A stretch of DNA of 64,000 bases from Geosiphon pyriformis uo1. Lineage: Eukaryota > Fungi > Glomeromycota. The notes below the pieces were generated by a model that saw nothing but the letters and a program-made list of their open reading frames with translations, was not told where the DNA came from and did no database searches. A program made the translations under genes and the position numbers. The stretch spans positions 408,212-472,211 of the forward strand of contig JAAOMT010000175.1 of NCBI GenBank assembly GCA_016748015.1. Direction: 5' to 3'. Below, one piece after another: positions 28,105-44,449 of this stretch. The number at the start of each line of letters is the position of its first letter. Positions within the stretch are counted from its first letter, which is position 1.

Positions 28105-30197
28105 ATGTCGGACTCCTCACTGATTCGCGAGATCACTTTGCCAACTGGAAAAACTTTGAAAGGTGGGAAATATCGCTTATCACATTCACTAAAGTTCTCG
28201 TAATTGAATCTAAATGGAATCCTGATGATTATTATTATTATTATTATCATAAAATTATTATTTATCATTACAATTTCATGTTTCAGTTCAAACTGGTCTA
28301 TTTATCAATAATGAATTTGTGGAGGCAGTTGATGGGAAACGTTTTGAAACAATCAATCCGGCAACCGGCAAAGTAATTACTACTGTAGCTGAAGCTTCTG
28401 AAAAAGATATTGATCTTGCTGTCGAGGTGGCCACAGAAGCTTTTGAGAACGTGTGGAAAAATTTTGACGGTCAGAAGCGTGGGGAATTGATGAATAAACT
28501 TGCGGATCTCTTGGAACGTGACAGTGAAGAGTTAGCAGTGTTGGAGGCGTTGGATAATGGAAAGGCGTATTTGACGGCGAAATTTGTCGATGTGAAGGGA
28601 ATTATTACTACTATTCGATATTTTGCCGGATGGGCTGATAAAATTCATGGAAAGGTATTGAAGGCGTCTCATCATATAACTTTGAAGTAATGTAAAATCA
28701 AAAAAGCTCCTTTTACATTTTCCTAATTTTCAAGGTGGTCGAGACTTCCCATGACAAATTTACATATACTCGGCATGAACCTATTGGTGTTGTTGGACAG
28801 ATTATCCCTTGGAATTTTCCCTTGTGTCTCTTAGCAGGGAAAATGGCCCCTGCTTTGGCATGCGGTAATACTGTTATCATAAAACCTGCGGAGCAAACCC
28901 CCCTTAGTGCCTTGAAGGTAGCTACTCTGATTAAAGAAGCTGGATTCCCTCCTGGTGTGGTAAACATTGTTCCTGGATTTGGAAAAACTGCTGGTGCTGC
29001 GATCGCAAGTCACATGAAGATTTGGAAGGTCGCTTTCACAGGTGAGTTCAATTTGAGAACAGGATTTTGTTAATTGTAAATCAATTTTTTAATGCTTATT
29101 ATTAGGCTCCACGCTTGTTGGAAGATCTATTCTTAAAGCTGCTGCCGAAAGCAATCTAAAGAAAGTGAGTTTGGAATTAGGTGGTAAATCGCCAAACATC
29201 ATTTTAGAAGATGCAGATATCGAACAAGCCGTTAAATGGGCACACATGGGAATCTTTTTCAATAATGGTCAAATATGTTGTGCCGGTTCACGTGTATACG
29301 TTCAAGAGAAAATCTATGATAAATTCTTGGAACAGTATAAAAACTATGTCTTGACCAAAAAGTTGGGAGATCCTTTCGATGCTGAAACTTACCAAGGGCC
29401 TCAAGTTTCTGAATTACAGTTTGACAGGTAAAGACAGTTGAATCTTTTCATTTTTTTGACCTAGAAATTCTCGATTTAACATTCAGGTATTTCTTTTAGA
29501 ATTATGAACTATATTGATGTTGGTAAAAAAGAAGGGGCAACATTGTTAATGGGTGGCGAGAGGCATGGCAACGAAGGATACTATATCAAACCAACAATAT
29601 TTACCGATGTGGTAAGTTTTTTAAGCGTTGTGAATTGCTTCAACCAATCAAAAAGATTTTCATTCCTCCTTTTATAAATCTACCTATTTGTACATTTCTT
29701 AATTGATCAGAATGAGAACATGAAAATCATGCAAGAAGAGATCTTTGGTCCGGTAGTCGCAATCGCAAAATTCAAAACCGTGGAAGAAGCACTTGAAAGG
29801 GCCCATATTACTAAATACGGGCTCGCCGCTGCTGTTTTTACTAAAGATCTTACGCGAGCAATTAAAATCTCAAACGCATTAAAGGCTGGCACTGTGTGGG
29901 GTAAGTCATAAATTTATTCTTTACTGTTTTATGTGGTAAGGATCTCTCTGATCGATTTGACTAAACGTGTCAAAAATTTTTAGTGAATTGTTATAATTTG
30001 GTCGAAGCTAATTTGTAAGTTGAATATCATATCTTTTTGTAAATTCATGATGATCGATCAACACTTACCCTTCCTCCATTATTAGGCCCTTTGGTGGTTA
30101 TAAAGAATCCGGAATAGGTCGTGACGGCGGTAAATACGCATTAGATCAATATACGGAAGTGAAGACGGTGGTTATTAATCTTGATGCACAGTTGTAA
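28105..30197 (+). CDS. NAD(P)-dependent aldehyde dehydrogenase (ALDH1/2-like; no obvious presequence)
   Basis: [51 protein letters not shown]|[10 protein letters not shown], catalytic [26 protein letters not shown]. Confidence 0.97.
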
Positions 30198-30241
30198 TTC
30201 CGCGTGTGATTCGAGACGCGTGACGTAATGAGAATTAACAA

Positions 30242-30594
30242 CACGTGACCACTGCAATTAATCTCAGGCTTGTTACTTTTAATCTAAATAATTATTATTT
30301 AATAAAAACCATTTAATCTATTATTTAACAAACGATATTTTTTATTATTAAATAAAATATTATTCTTTTAAAAATTTATTTTTAACATAATAAATTTTAA
30401 ATTTTATTGCAAATATTTTTTTTATAAATTCTTATTTAATGATTTGATTAAAAAACATAAATTAGAACTTTTAATTTAATAAATAATAATGACCTTTTTC
30501 CTTAATGCGGTTGCGTGAAAATTTGAAGTGCACAAATCGGAGAGAATACCAAGTCGCCTTGTGATTTGGTGCACGTGTTACCTGGCCAACCAAT
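30242..30594 (+). promoter_or_regulatory. Candidate MET14 upstream elements: CACGTGAC (30242), CACGTG (30572), CCAAT (30590)
   Basis: Two E-boxes, one matching the Cbf1-type GTCACGTG on the minus strand, in an otherwise AT-rich spacer upstream of a sulfate-assimilation gene. Confidence 0.4.
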
Positions 30595-30662
30595 GACCTT
30601 TATTCAGAGCCAGTTTTTTTCTAGCATTATGTTCACTCTGCACGGGTTGAAGTACGCGCGAT

Positions 30663-31551
<889 letters not shown>

Positions 31552-31608
31552 TCTAGTTTAGGTTTAAATACAAATATTACAGATTCTTATTTCGTTTCTG
31601 TCTTCAAT

Positions 31609-33248
<1,640 letters not shown>

Positions 33249-34962
33249 ATTATGCTTCTTTAAGAATGATAAAGGTTCAAAATGGGTATCAGAGTCCTTA
33301 CGAAATTTGATCGAGGTTTAATACCCTGATTGGTTTCCATTTTTGTCATGCTTACGTAATGTAAATCGAAATAACTACAATTGAACTTGTAGTTGTACAA
33401 GTTTAATCTATTTTGCTCAAAGCCCAAGATTAGGTTAAAGCGAGATTTAGCATTTATTTTTTAGTCAAAATTATATTACCAAACTCCACTCTACGAGATT
33501 TTAAACTTTCGCCATTTAAAATCATATATTTAGTATTTAAGACGTCGTTTCGAATCAAAGAAAGCACGTAATTCTAACCAATTTCAAAACTTTCTAATTC
33601 AGTTTTTTAAGTATGAATGCATCATTATACACTTTCGTTAGGTCGTAAGTTTGAGATTATTTAGGTTCCTGTGGATAGATTGAATCGATCATCAATATGC
33701 AGGAATAGTCAACGATATAAATAGCGTATATTACTACCCTTCTTCTAAAAACCTTCATGTCAGACATCTCGGGCTACTTTGCACAAAATACCACCCAGAA
33801 CTTGATAGGTTATCTTAAATATAAAGAGGGACCGGTTTTATATCAGTACTAAACAAATAGAAGTGAAATGACGCGTATGTCAAGGATCTCGAATATATAA
33901 TTGCACGCGACCCTTGTAAGGATCGCAGAGAGCAGGCTATCAAATGTAGAAATAACTTTACATTGAAAATTCCAAACAATGTTTTTGAAGGTTGGCACAT
34001 TGACAATTAAAATAGCTGCTTGCTTCTTTGGTTGTCATGATGTGAGTTGAAATGCACCAAAAGTTTATAAATAATTTTAAATGTAGACAATGATACTATT
34101 GAAAATGCTTCTGTGTCAATTTTGTGGCATCCTTTATTTTTTGCTTTTAAAGTCTTCAGACACTATAAACTTTGAAGATATATCAGTGCGAAATGCACAA
34201 GATGCATTCTAAATGTAAATCATTATGGATTTCTCGAAAATTAAAGAAGTTTATTCTCAAAATCTCAAAAAACAACTTTTACAATATTCAAAACCCGCCT
34301 GCAGAGCATTTCATAATGTAATGTTCTTGCACATCTCGAGCTTTTCTCTAGAGTTGAACTATTTTTCACGTTTTTGTCTGAGATATTTAAGCTATAAATG
34401 ATTCTCTTCCCTTTATCTTCATGTTGAATTACATTTTACCTTTTTGAGATTCATCTTCAGCTTTTTCGATCTGATTTTAGATTACACAAGACCATAAAAT
34501 AATTTTCTTGTTAAATAATTGAAATCGATTTTGCATGATTAAGGTTTTCTAGTTTAAGTTTTAATTTTACTTTCACCCAAACCTAAAATGTCAGAATCAA
34601 TAACATAATGTTTATTCAAATATTTTTGCTTTTCCAGTTATTATATGACTGATACTTGACAGATTTTTAGAATTAGGAATGGGTTGATATAAACTCTGGA
34701 TTGATGACGAGGTAAAGAATGAATTTATTAGTCACTTAACCAATACATTCTCTCTTAATAAGGTTTACAAATGGGATGTCTAAATTAACTATTCGAAATT
34801 GGACATTTGAAAATTTTACATGTTTTAGCCTGAACACATTCTATATTTTTGACTTATTATCAAGAACCCTCGGGAGGTTTGAATAAAGCAAAAGGAGAAG
34901 CTCCTTGAAAGTTCTCTCGATAATCCCATTTATCCAGATAATGATTTATTAATTTTGGTGTG

Positions 34963-37900
34963 TTACTCTAATTTAATAATATTATCCAACCCCTTGTTTT
35001 CCAAATGGAATCCATGTTTGGCAAAACCTCCTTGCACATCCTTGGAATCAAAAATGAAGAGTTATTGATTCGTGAGAACTAAATCAACTTATTGGCAAAT
35101 AACATTCCGGATTTAAAAAAGGCTACCTTGACTTTCCCAGGAGCAGACGCGACTACCACATTTGAGGTTTCAGCCAAGAACAAGTTTGTTAGATATTTGT
35201 TCAGCATACGATGAAGGTCGTCCACTGTTACAGCCTGTATAAAATTCGCAAAATGAGGAATCGTGAATATAAATCACAAATTTGTAATGCACAAAAACAG
35301 AGGCCAATTAAGTTGTATAAATCTGATGATTACCTGAACTTGTTTGATCATTTCATGGCTATGGTTTGGAGGCAGATTTTTCAACACTATAGAGATAAAT
35401 GACTTCGTCGCCTGTTCAAAACTTTTTTTAGTAAGAATGATAAAAATCACGAAAATATTTATTCACGCATTATATAATGTATAGAGAAAGATTCGAAAAC
35501 TTACTGCCATAGCCATGGTTTTCTATTGATTTCGAAAAAACAGAAGTCAGCAGATTTTTGACATGAAGAGAGAAAATAACCTTGAAAACCCTCAAGTACC
35601 TCAGATGAAATTATCGAGTAAATTACTCCACTTTTAGCACCTTCAAGACTAGGAAGATCGAACTCGGCCTAAATTTTGATATTAAGTTTCGATGGACTCT
35701 AGAGAAACATATCGTTAAATAAAGGCTGCTTCCTGATTATTTACCGTTTTTTGAGACAGGTCACTGATCACCTTCCTGGCTTGATCGAATGCCTTGAAAG
35801 CATCAGGTGATCGATAGATAGCAAAGTATACTAAACCTGAAATCCCCAAATTTGAAGATTATTATCCCGAAATTTCTTTGCTATTCGATTGGAAAAGATT
35901 AACATACCAGCTTCGACCGAGGCTTGCAACCAAACGCTATATGCTAGCCCTTGGCCACGGATCATTCGCCAAAAAACGCCTTCCATGGTTTGTAAAAGCT
36001 CACATAAAACGAGAAGAGGTGCCAAATCAGGTGAATCGAACGCAGTTATACCTTTAAGGTTGATAATTTAAAGTAATTGAATGGACATGGATCAAAAATA
36101 AAGATAAAGTGAAGCTAGCAACACATATTCCGTTTACCCTTTGCACAATGTATCGAGAAAGTACTTTCAATAGCCGGGAGACTGACTATATACCCCTGTT
36201 TGGGTATAAACAAAATATTCTTAATAGGGCCAGATCAACTATAACATGTAAAAATGAAATAACGGAATTAACCTTATGACCAGGGTTCTTGCCGAATTCA
36301 GTCAATACTTCTTGAGCTAATCTGACCGGTACTAATGGATTCTCGGGCTAAAAATAGAATTAAACTTAACAAGAAGTCTTTTTCTGTAAATAAGCATCCA
36401 AATATATCACCTCGATATTCAGGAAATTCTCAACCCATGCACCTTTAGGATCCTTGAGTTTCAGGATATCACCCACAACATGTATCCTAAAGTTTTCTGG
36501 ACGGGTCACTGACAAAAGATATTCTAAATATTTTTCATCCGTTCTCAAAAATCAGATTTCAACAAATCTCAAACTCACAAATATTCCTAAACCGTAATAA
36601 ATCCTCGACTACTTTTTCAGGAGTTTCCTCAAGACGCTTGAGAGCTTCAGGTAAAAATCGTTCTTGACATAATATATTAAGAGCGTATTGATTTGACTTC
36701 ACGGGATCGAAAAGAACAGTACGAAGTACCGCTGAAGCCATCTAAACGTATAAATTGCATTAAATATGAACTTTAATGATCAATGAGTATAAATTCATTC
36801 TTACTTTATTGCCATCTCTTTTATTCGCAGGAATGTCATTGAGCAGTTTCGAGGCGATAATTTTGAGCCGCTCAGACGTGAATTCTGTATACCATAATAA
36901 ATCTCGTAACCATTGAATTGCCTTTGCATATTTACTCGCCTTGAATTTAAAAAATTTTAAAAAATTAATTGCTGTCGAAGGTTGAGGGAATGTAGATTTC
37001 TTAAATACCTCCACTTTAATGTTAAAGCTTATTAAATCTTCAAAGGCTCCACTGGCACCGAGACCGTAATTATAATGAACAGTATCTTCGTTTAACTCTT
37101 TGATGACTTCCTCATATGTGAGTTTAGTTCCGTCGGGTCGATTTAGCGGGAGTGAATAAAATGAATCAAGAAATATCTCTAAATATGGTCGAAGCTCAGC
37201 CGGGACAGCCGTTGTTGAAATCAAGATGGAAATGCTAACAAAGGAAGAACGGATATCTATTTGAGTAACATAAGTTGATTAGATGTTGATAAAGGAGCAA
37301 ACTACGTTTTCATGATCAAATTAAAATGAGCGAAATAAAATCCATACGATCGTATTGAATAAAGTATGGTGGTTCGACTTTTGAATCCTGATTGAGATAA
37401 TCTTGAACAGGATTATCGCTATAATGAAAAAATTAGAATTATTATCAAGAAAAATCGAATATGCCAAAATATATTTATTGGTGCACTCACAACAAAAGAA
37501 TAGGTTGGTTACGGCCGGTCACCACGCTAATAAGAGGAATATGTTCCACCTGTGGAATAGGGAAACCTTCTAGAAAAATGAAAATCAGTATAATTAATTT
37601 TGAATTACGGCTGATTTGGCTTTTCAGGATATAAATATAGAATGCATGCCGATGATTTCTGGGGGAACTGGAACTTCATTTTTGTTTTTAGCTTCCTCGA
37701 GTAAATTATCTAATTCTTTCAACTTGTCCGACCCCAACTCTTCAATTTGTGTCTCAACTCGTTTCTTTTCATCTTCAGCTAAAGACTTTGCGAAAGCGGC
37801 GGATGGTTTTCCTAACAGTGTAATATGTGGATTATCAAGGTAATATCTAAGGGAGAAAATGATTTCTCAAATTAATATTATGAAATATAAAAACGAGAGC

Positions 37901-40900
37901 AAAAAAAACTATTATTACTTTCTCAAATATCCGACCCATTGTTCATTGGTGAACTTGGCCACTTCATCATAATACTCCAAGTCTTTGAACGCTTTCTCGA
38001 GTTCTTCTCCATTTTTTTTTCCGTATATAAAATCTGGGAGAAAAAAGATATCAATTTTTAAGAGAAAGAATTTAATAATGTAAAATACAAAATTATACAA
38101 AACTATTACCGGTGATACACGCAATTGCGAACCCACTTTGAGGATTAGTTTCGACATAGTTCAATGTCTAGAGATATCTATATGATCAGGATTATTGAAT
38201 TTGAAAATTCCTCGCTATCAAAAATTTTTAGTTTACAGACCTTCAATTTATCTCGGTAAATGACAGTCTTCATTCGATTCATATCAAATCCCTCTTTGGC
38301 CACACGTTCCAACACTGGAAAGATCCGTGACGACAATTCATTTAATTCCTCAGTCGGTACATTTGAAAATTCAACCAATATTGGGGCGCGAATATGTTGA
38401 CTTATATTGAAGGAAATGCCTTATTAAGCGAGCAATATGAATTAGTTAAGTTTTTTGGGGAGCCTAATCATAAATTAAATACACACTTGTACACAATGGT
38501 TCTTCAATCTCGACAAATTCTTTTTGAAGTACTGAAATAGCCGAATCCGAAAGGTACCTAAATTCCAAACATACGAGTTTAATATACTGAGCGAAAATTT
38601 AGATGTATATATGAGAATTCAATACACACTTGTGCAATATTTCCAATGCCATAAGATCTAAATGTTCCTATTAATGTGGATTATCGAATGATGTTTAATT
38701 GAAAAATATATTTATTCATTTAAGCCAAAAACTCCAAGCAGCTTACATTGACTTTGGGTCCTTGCCAGCTGATCATAATTTGTCCAATACTTTCGTCCTC
38801 ATCTGGGAATTCAACTACCTGCTCGATAGATTTAGTTATCGGAGGAACAGGAGATGATTCAACCCAAGGCCTTTGAGAAGAAAATTTAGCATTCTTTAGA
38901 AAACTTAAATAATCTGAATCAGAACTCAAAAATAATTACCTTTTATATGATGATAGGGGTCCTTTTGATGCGATCCTTTCATCCAAAGGACCTAAAGTTG
39001 CTAAGAGTTTATCATGGGGTACTTTGCCTGTAATCACAAGACATAGATTATCGGGTCGATAATAATCCCGATGATACTAGACAGTAGAAGAAAATTAAAA
39101 CGCGTGGTGGACATAAAAATTTGAAAAATAAACTATAGCTTACATTTCTGACTGTAAGGAGCATAAAATTGGCGTGATTAATAAGGTTGTGATTATAAAT
39201 ATAAAAAATATGATCACGATCTTAACTCACTCTTGTCGACATTGAGTTTTCTGATACACTCCATAAGGCCACCAGTTTCACTGCGATAGCCAATTCCTTC
39301 AGGGTACATTAATCGTTGGGCTCTAGAATACATACAAAGAAACAAACAATAAATAAATTCTTGATAGAAAGAAAGAACTTTTATTCAATCTGTCTTACAT
39401 ACTGTAGATAGATTCGAGAATCTCCTGTATTTTGACGACCCTTTGATGGGAAAAATAATTCGTACAAAATTGAAGTGTCGTAATTTTATAAATTAATAAG
39501 TGATTTTTGATTAAAGATGAGTCAAATTTACCTGCATTTCACTATAGACCACCTTATAGCAAAAAAGATTCATAAGCCAAGTTTAGGTTGAACAGATCAA
39601 AAAGAGAAATAAAGTCATGAAAAATCAAAAAATCTTGAATAGAATGAGGAAACTTCTCTTTACCCCTAAAAAATAATAACGAATTGTATAAAAGATCTAG
39701 CCAATAAAATGATCACTTTTGACAGTCAACATACCAGCATTTTCGCCTTTACCATTTATATGATGAACCTTTTTAAAAATTCAAATAGAAGATCAATGTA
39801 AAAAGGCTAAGAAAACTTGATTTCCAGGAAAACCAATTAATCAAACGATAATTCACCTCAGTCACATATCCACTATCAGTCAATGTTGGGTATAAAATGT
39901 GATCCACGTAAACTGGAATGTTGAAATTGAAAAATAGTTTGATAGAGGATTAATGCAAGCCCGTGTCATCATAATAAAGATGCAGAAATAACAAACTTGG
40001 TAATAAGTCTAGAAAGCCTTCACACCCAGCCGTAGTAATTGCTATCGTCAAAAATAATATTAATCTTAACCATGGGAGTCATTTCAACATTTACAACTCG
40101 TTAAATTCCAAGAATAATTACTATAACATGTATGATCCACATCAGTCCATGCATTTGTGCCTTGAGCGAGAGCGCGATTTGCCAAAGAGTCAAGGACACC
40201 CTGTGATCAAGATATATTACCAAAAAGATTATTCAGGAAAATTAAGATATTATAATCCACAAAATATTAAAAAATCGCGTCTGTGCATACTTTATAAGGG
40301 TAGATTTCACTCCCAAGAAACACGAGACTTTGAAATTTGAGTGAGAGTGAGATATTGAACAGGATGGATATTATTAATACATTTTTATGTAATAAATCAG
40401 TGAAAACCCCAAGTAAAACATACTGTTCCAACGTATGTGGGCAGCCGTCGTCGTCAAGAGCTAGGAAGCGCGAGGGCACACACAGGTAATAAAAGATATA
40501 TCACAAACCAAATGGTGTCAGTTGGACGTTAATAAACGAGTATTTACTGTGATCCCACAGAAAGAGGGATTATAGAAAAAAGGTGACCGAAAAATAACAA
40601 AGGAAAAGAATATGGCTCTAAAAATTGTACTAACCCTCAGTTGCTAAAGCAAAATAACCGTTGACCAAAGGACCTTAATATAGTAAATTTGAAAACATAG
40701 AAGAGTTTTGTTATTGACTTTTTGCATGCATTACGTGAAACGTAAAAACCGCCCAAGAAAACAAACCTTCAACATCCACGTGAATAACACTTAAACCAGT
40801 TTTGTTAGACCGAAATTTCGTGATGTCAATCCCGTAGTCAGTTTTTATGGCACGAACGATCGAAAAGTTACTTGCCATGTTAAAGTTTTTTTTTGTTGTA

Positions 40901-41181
40901 TCGGTAATATTCAATGTATTACTGGTATCAATATTAGTTGTAGTCGTATTAGCAGCAACAAAGCTAGCAAAATTTCGATAATTGTTTCCCGACTTTTTTA
41001 TTATTGTCTCGGGTTGCGGTTGTTTCCTATATTGATAAAACAATAATTGTTGAGTTGATAGTGTTGATAGTGTAAGTTTATGATTTCGCAAGGGTATTAT
41101 TTTGGGGGTAGAAATTATTCGACTACTGTTTGCCCAATTTAATCTTGTATATGCTTGGTTTAGAAGTCTTCCAAGCATCAT
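34963..41181 (-). CDS. M16 (insulinase/pitrilysin-like) zinc metallopeptidase of the YOL098C/Sdd3-like type; more than 30 introns; N-terminal presequence-like extension
   Basis: Spliced reading ATEALDDDGCPHTLEHLVFLGSEIYPYKGVLDSLANR..GTNAWTDVDHT, VDHILYPTLTD, VVYSEMQ, GYRSETGG, YHRDYYRPDN, VEFPDEDES, W..IRGQGLAYS; stop at 34963-34965. Confidence 0.9.
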
Positions 41182-41566
41182 ATAGGGGAGGAGACCAGAA
41201 AGCGAAATATTTTATCAAAATGAAATGAGTCATGATATGTTTATCTTTTATAAAAGATGGATAATCGGATAAAGCCGATCTACAACTATAATACCATTGT
41301 TGATTACTTGATTTAATCTTATATAATGACGGTATTTCTAATTCCTTCCTCCCCGATATTGAAATCCCTGATTTCTAATCCCTCCTCCCCCTTTAATTCC
41401 TCGAGTCTTTCTCTCACGATAAATTAATCTCTGATTTACCGTACCCTGTCCCATTTGATCTGCACTTTTAGAATTTATTATCTCTCTAAATTAGTTCAAG
41501 ATATAGAAAAATTCGATTAAGATTGATAATGACAATTATAAAAAGATATAATCTTAATTGAGCAAC

Positions 41567-42806
41567 TTACTTTTCTTTGATTTCTTCCATTTCAGTTAAT
41601 CTTTTATATTTTTCTAAATATTCAACCTCGACCGGGGCTATTTTCTTTTTCCATATCAACATTATTCCATCAAAAACTGGCAATATTAAATTTTCAACTC
41701 TTTGATCTTTTTGCACTGCGTCATTGAAACGATGCATGTAACGAGCAATATGTTTATGTTCGGGAGGTACTGGTCCATCCGAAGTATGCAAATCAGCGAA
41801 TCGAACATAAGGATCAGAGAATGCACAAACATAACCTCTAAAGAGTACTGTTAGGAATGATAACATTTGTGATGATATTTTTTATTTCATTCAAAGGAAT
41901 ATCATAAAAAATGTTGAAACAAAGTAAAAATTTTCGATTTTCGAGAACAAAGAAGTTCTGACCATTATCGCAAACAATATATCCATTCTTTGCTAGGAGA
42001 TCTTTATTCATGATGGTGTTGTAATAATCAAGATAACCTTTTTTATTTGCATCTACAATTTATGTTAAAAAAAAATAGCGTCAAAGTTGAATGAAAAAAT
42101 GAAAGGAAGCATAAAGCTCATTATTTCTTACCTAAAAAGATCATGTCAAATTTGATATCATTATTCAACCCTTCTATTCTGTAACAGTTCATTTTAAAAT
42201 TAAATCAATTAGTAGAAAAAGTGGCCCATGGAAATAAATTTACCGATTTAACGAAAAAAGTAACCAGAAAAATACAATATATACGCACATCTCCAAGGCA
42301 TCTCCTATCTTAAATTCTACAATTTTTTGAACCCCGGCTAGTTCTACGTGCTTCTTAGCCAAAACAGCTCCAAGGGGATCCTTATCAATAGTAATTAACT
42401 TGGCACCTTTTTTCTCCCGGTGCCTAATACCATAAGCCAGAGCCAAGGTTGAATAACCGGTGAAACAACCAATTTCCAGTATAACTTTTGCTCGAGTTAC
42501 TCGGGCTAGAAACGTTAAAAATTGTGCTTCAAGACGTGGAACCATTTTGTGAGCTTCTTTAGGAAAAGCTAATTGAGTTCTTGATAATAAGGAATTCTGG
42601 TATGTGTCTAGCGTAGTGCTAAACATTTCGGAATATTTTTCTACATCAATAGGTAAAAGAAACGGTTTTTCAGCTTGACTGAGTGCAGTAGTATGAAAAG
42701 ACGTAAATTGACATAAGAAATATGGTAGAATCCTTTTTTTAATCTGTAAAAAATAAGATTTAGTGTGGTTTGTAGTCAAAGATCTTTGAAACTGTTGTAA
42801 AAACAT
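41567..42806 (-). CDS. Class I SAM-dependent O-methyltransferase (caffeoyl-CoA OMT/COMTD1-like) with presequence-like N-terminus
   Basis: KVILEIGCFTGYSTL, LITIDKD, GDALE, FDMIFL|DANKKGY, IVCDN|VLFRG, VENLILPVFDGIML. Confidence 0.92.
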
Positions 42807-43019
42807 AATAAAAAATGAAAATGCTCAGTTTAAAATTTTTAATCACTCAAATAATTATCTGTGTGGTTACCAGGTTTTGATTGGTTAAGTAGCCATCTTG
42901 TTTGGATAAATCACATCGTCCAATTAATTGTTGCGTTAACTAAAGAAATTACTACCTTTCCTATTAACTATTAACTTTTTGAATACTTGTGTTTAAATCC
43001 TCGCTTCTTTCGCTGACAC

Positions 43020-44309
43020 AAATATCATTGAAAAGAAAGTTATTTTTACTGCAGCTGAATCTGACAATGGTGAAGCAACCAGTTATAGTGTCGAAACAAA
43101 TTCTTTGTCAAAAGATTTATTTGAAGCCCCTGAAGGCATAGGACCAAACAAGGAACAAAACCAAACATGTGGTGAGCGAGATCAATACTTGGCGCAAGTG
43201 GTTAGAGAACATTCTTAAGGTCAGTAAATGGATGACAGTTTATAAGAAGTACTGTTGAATAATTATGATCTCATTTCTTATTGATGTTTGCAGGTTCCAA
43301 TAGAGAATGTAAGGATTAAAATTCTGACATACCCATATAGCAACAAAAATAAGTTTCAGACGACAATGATTCAATACATTGGCAAAGTGTTGATGGATTT
43401 GTGAGTTCTTTTTTAATTTTTAAAGTATTTATAATGCTTTTTAATACCCTATAATTATAATTAAATAGTGTCAACAAAGTTATTGATGTTCCTGGCAATA
43501 TGTTGTTCATTGATGACGTCGAAAGAGACTGGATTGTAAACAAAGTTTCACCACTCTTTACTTATCTTGAAGCAACATTTATAAATCAAATTCAATTTCA
43601 TTGGCAAGTGTTGTTTTTTTTAATAAGATTTCCATTAATATATTAATATTTTAATATTTTAAATTTTTATTGCATTTATTCATTGTAAACTAGGATTGAA
43701 CATGATATAGAGCCTACTCATGAGCGTCTCGTCCGTGATGGCAACACAACACAAAACAAAGATCGATTAGAAGCTGACATGGTTGGAGTCCGGCTATGTG
43801 ACAACCGGCAATTTGTGTTTTTGGAAATGAGTGGAGCACCCACAGAATTTTTAAAAACACACACCATTACAGACACGTGTAAAACAATTCAAAAGCCAAT
43901 TGATGCCGTTAATTCGTCACTTTTGAATTTTTTGGATTATGATGTGCGGTATGCAGAGAAGATTTGTTCTCTAACTGTTCAAGGAATTAGTGTGTATAAT
44001 TTTAATTGATGATTATTCAGATAATAGCAAGATTCAACAAATTTTTTTAACTTTTGTATTTTAGGAGATCGGCTCACTCTACGATCAACTTATTTAAGAG
44101 GGGAGGCGGATTATGTCGATGAGGAGATTTTATCCGCAGTATTCCCACTTTGTTGGGAGTTTCGGTTTCAGTTTCTGGAAATATTTGAACTAATTGAATA
44201 CATAATGCTATCAGTTATAGACTATCCGAATGTGATAAAAGAGCTAAGAACGCATAGAGCAGATTTCTCTGAATTTTCCATTCGGCATTGTCTTTTGAAT
44301 TACCCTTAA
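43020..44309 (+). pseudogene. 5'-broken multi-exon gene of a PD-(D/E)XK/restriction-endonuclease-like fungal family
   Basis: Exons splice in frame: WRKWLENILK|VPIEN..LMDF|VNK..ERDWIVNKVSPLF..FHW|IEHD..ADMVGVRLCDNRQFVFLEMSG..HT..D..K..VQGI|RDRLTL..LLNYP*. The first-exon frame is closed upstream by TAG near 43138 and no start codon was found. Confidence 0.6.
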
Positions 44310-44449
44310 TACAAAGTTTGATGTAAAGAATAAAGCATTTGCAAAAAGGATTTGAGGCTATTGTTAAGACGAAACACGAGGTCACAAGACTTGAAACTTA
44401 TTCTTGTAAAGATGCGTATAATTTTACATGAAGTACTTTTTAGCTTTTA

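Noticed and set aside
33400-34900. Possible gene or ncRNA between HEM2 and the M16 peptidase
   Set aside because: Only short ORFs without motifs, and no tRNA/snoRNA structure that I can support by eye.
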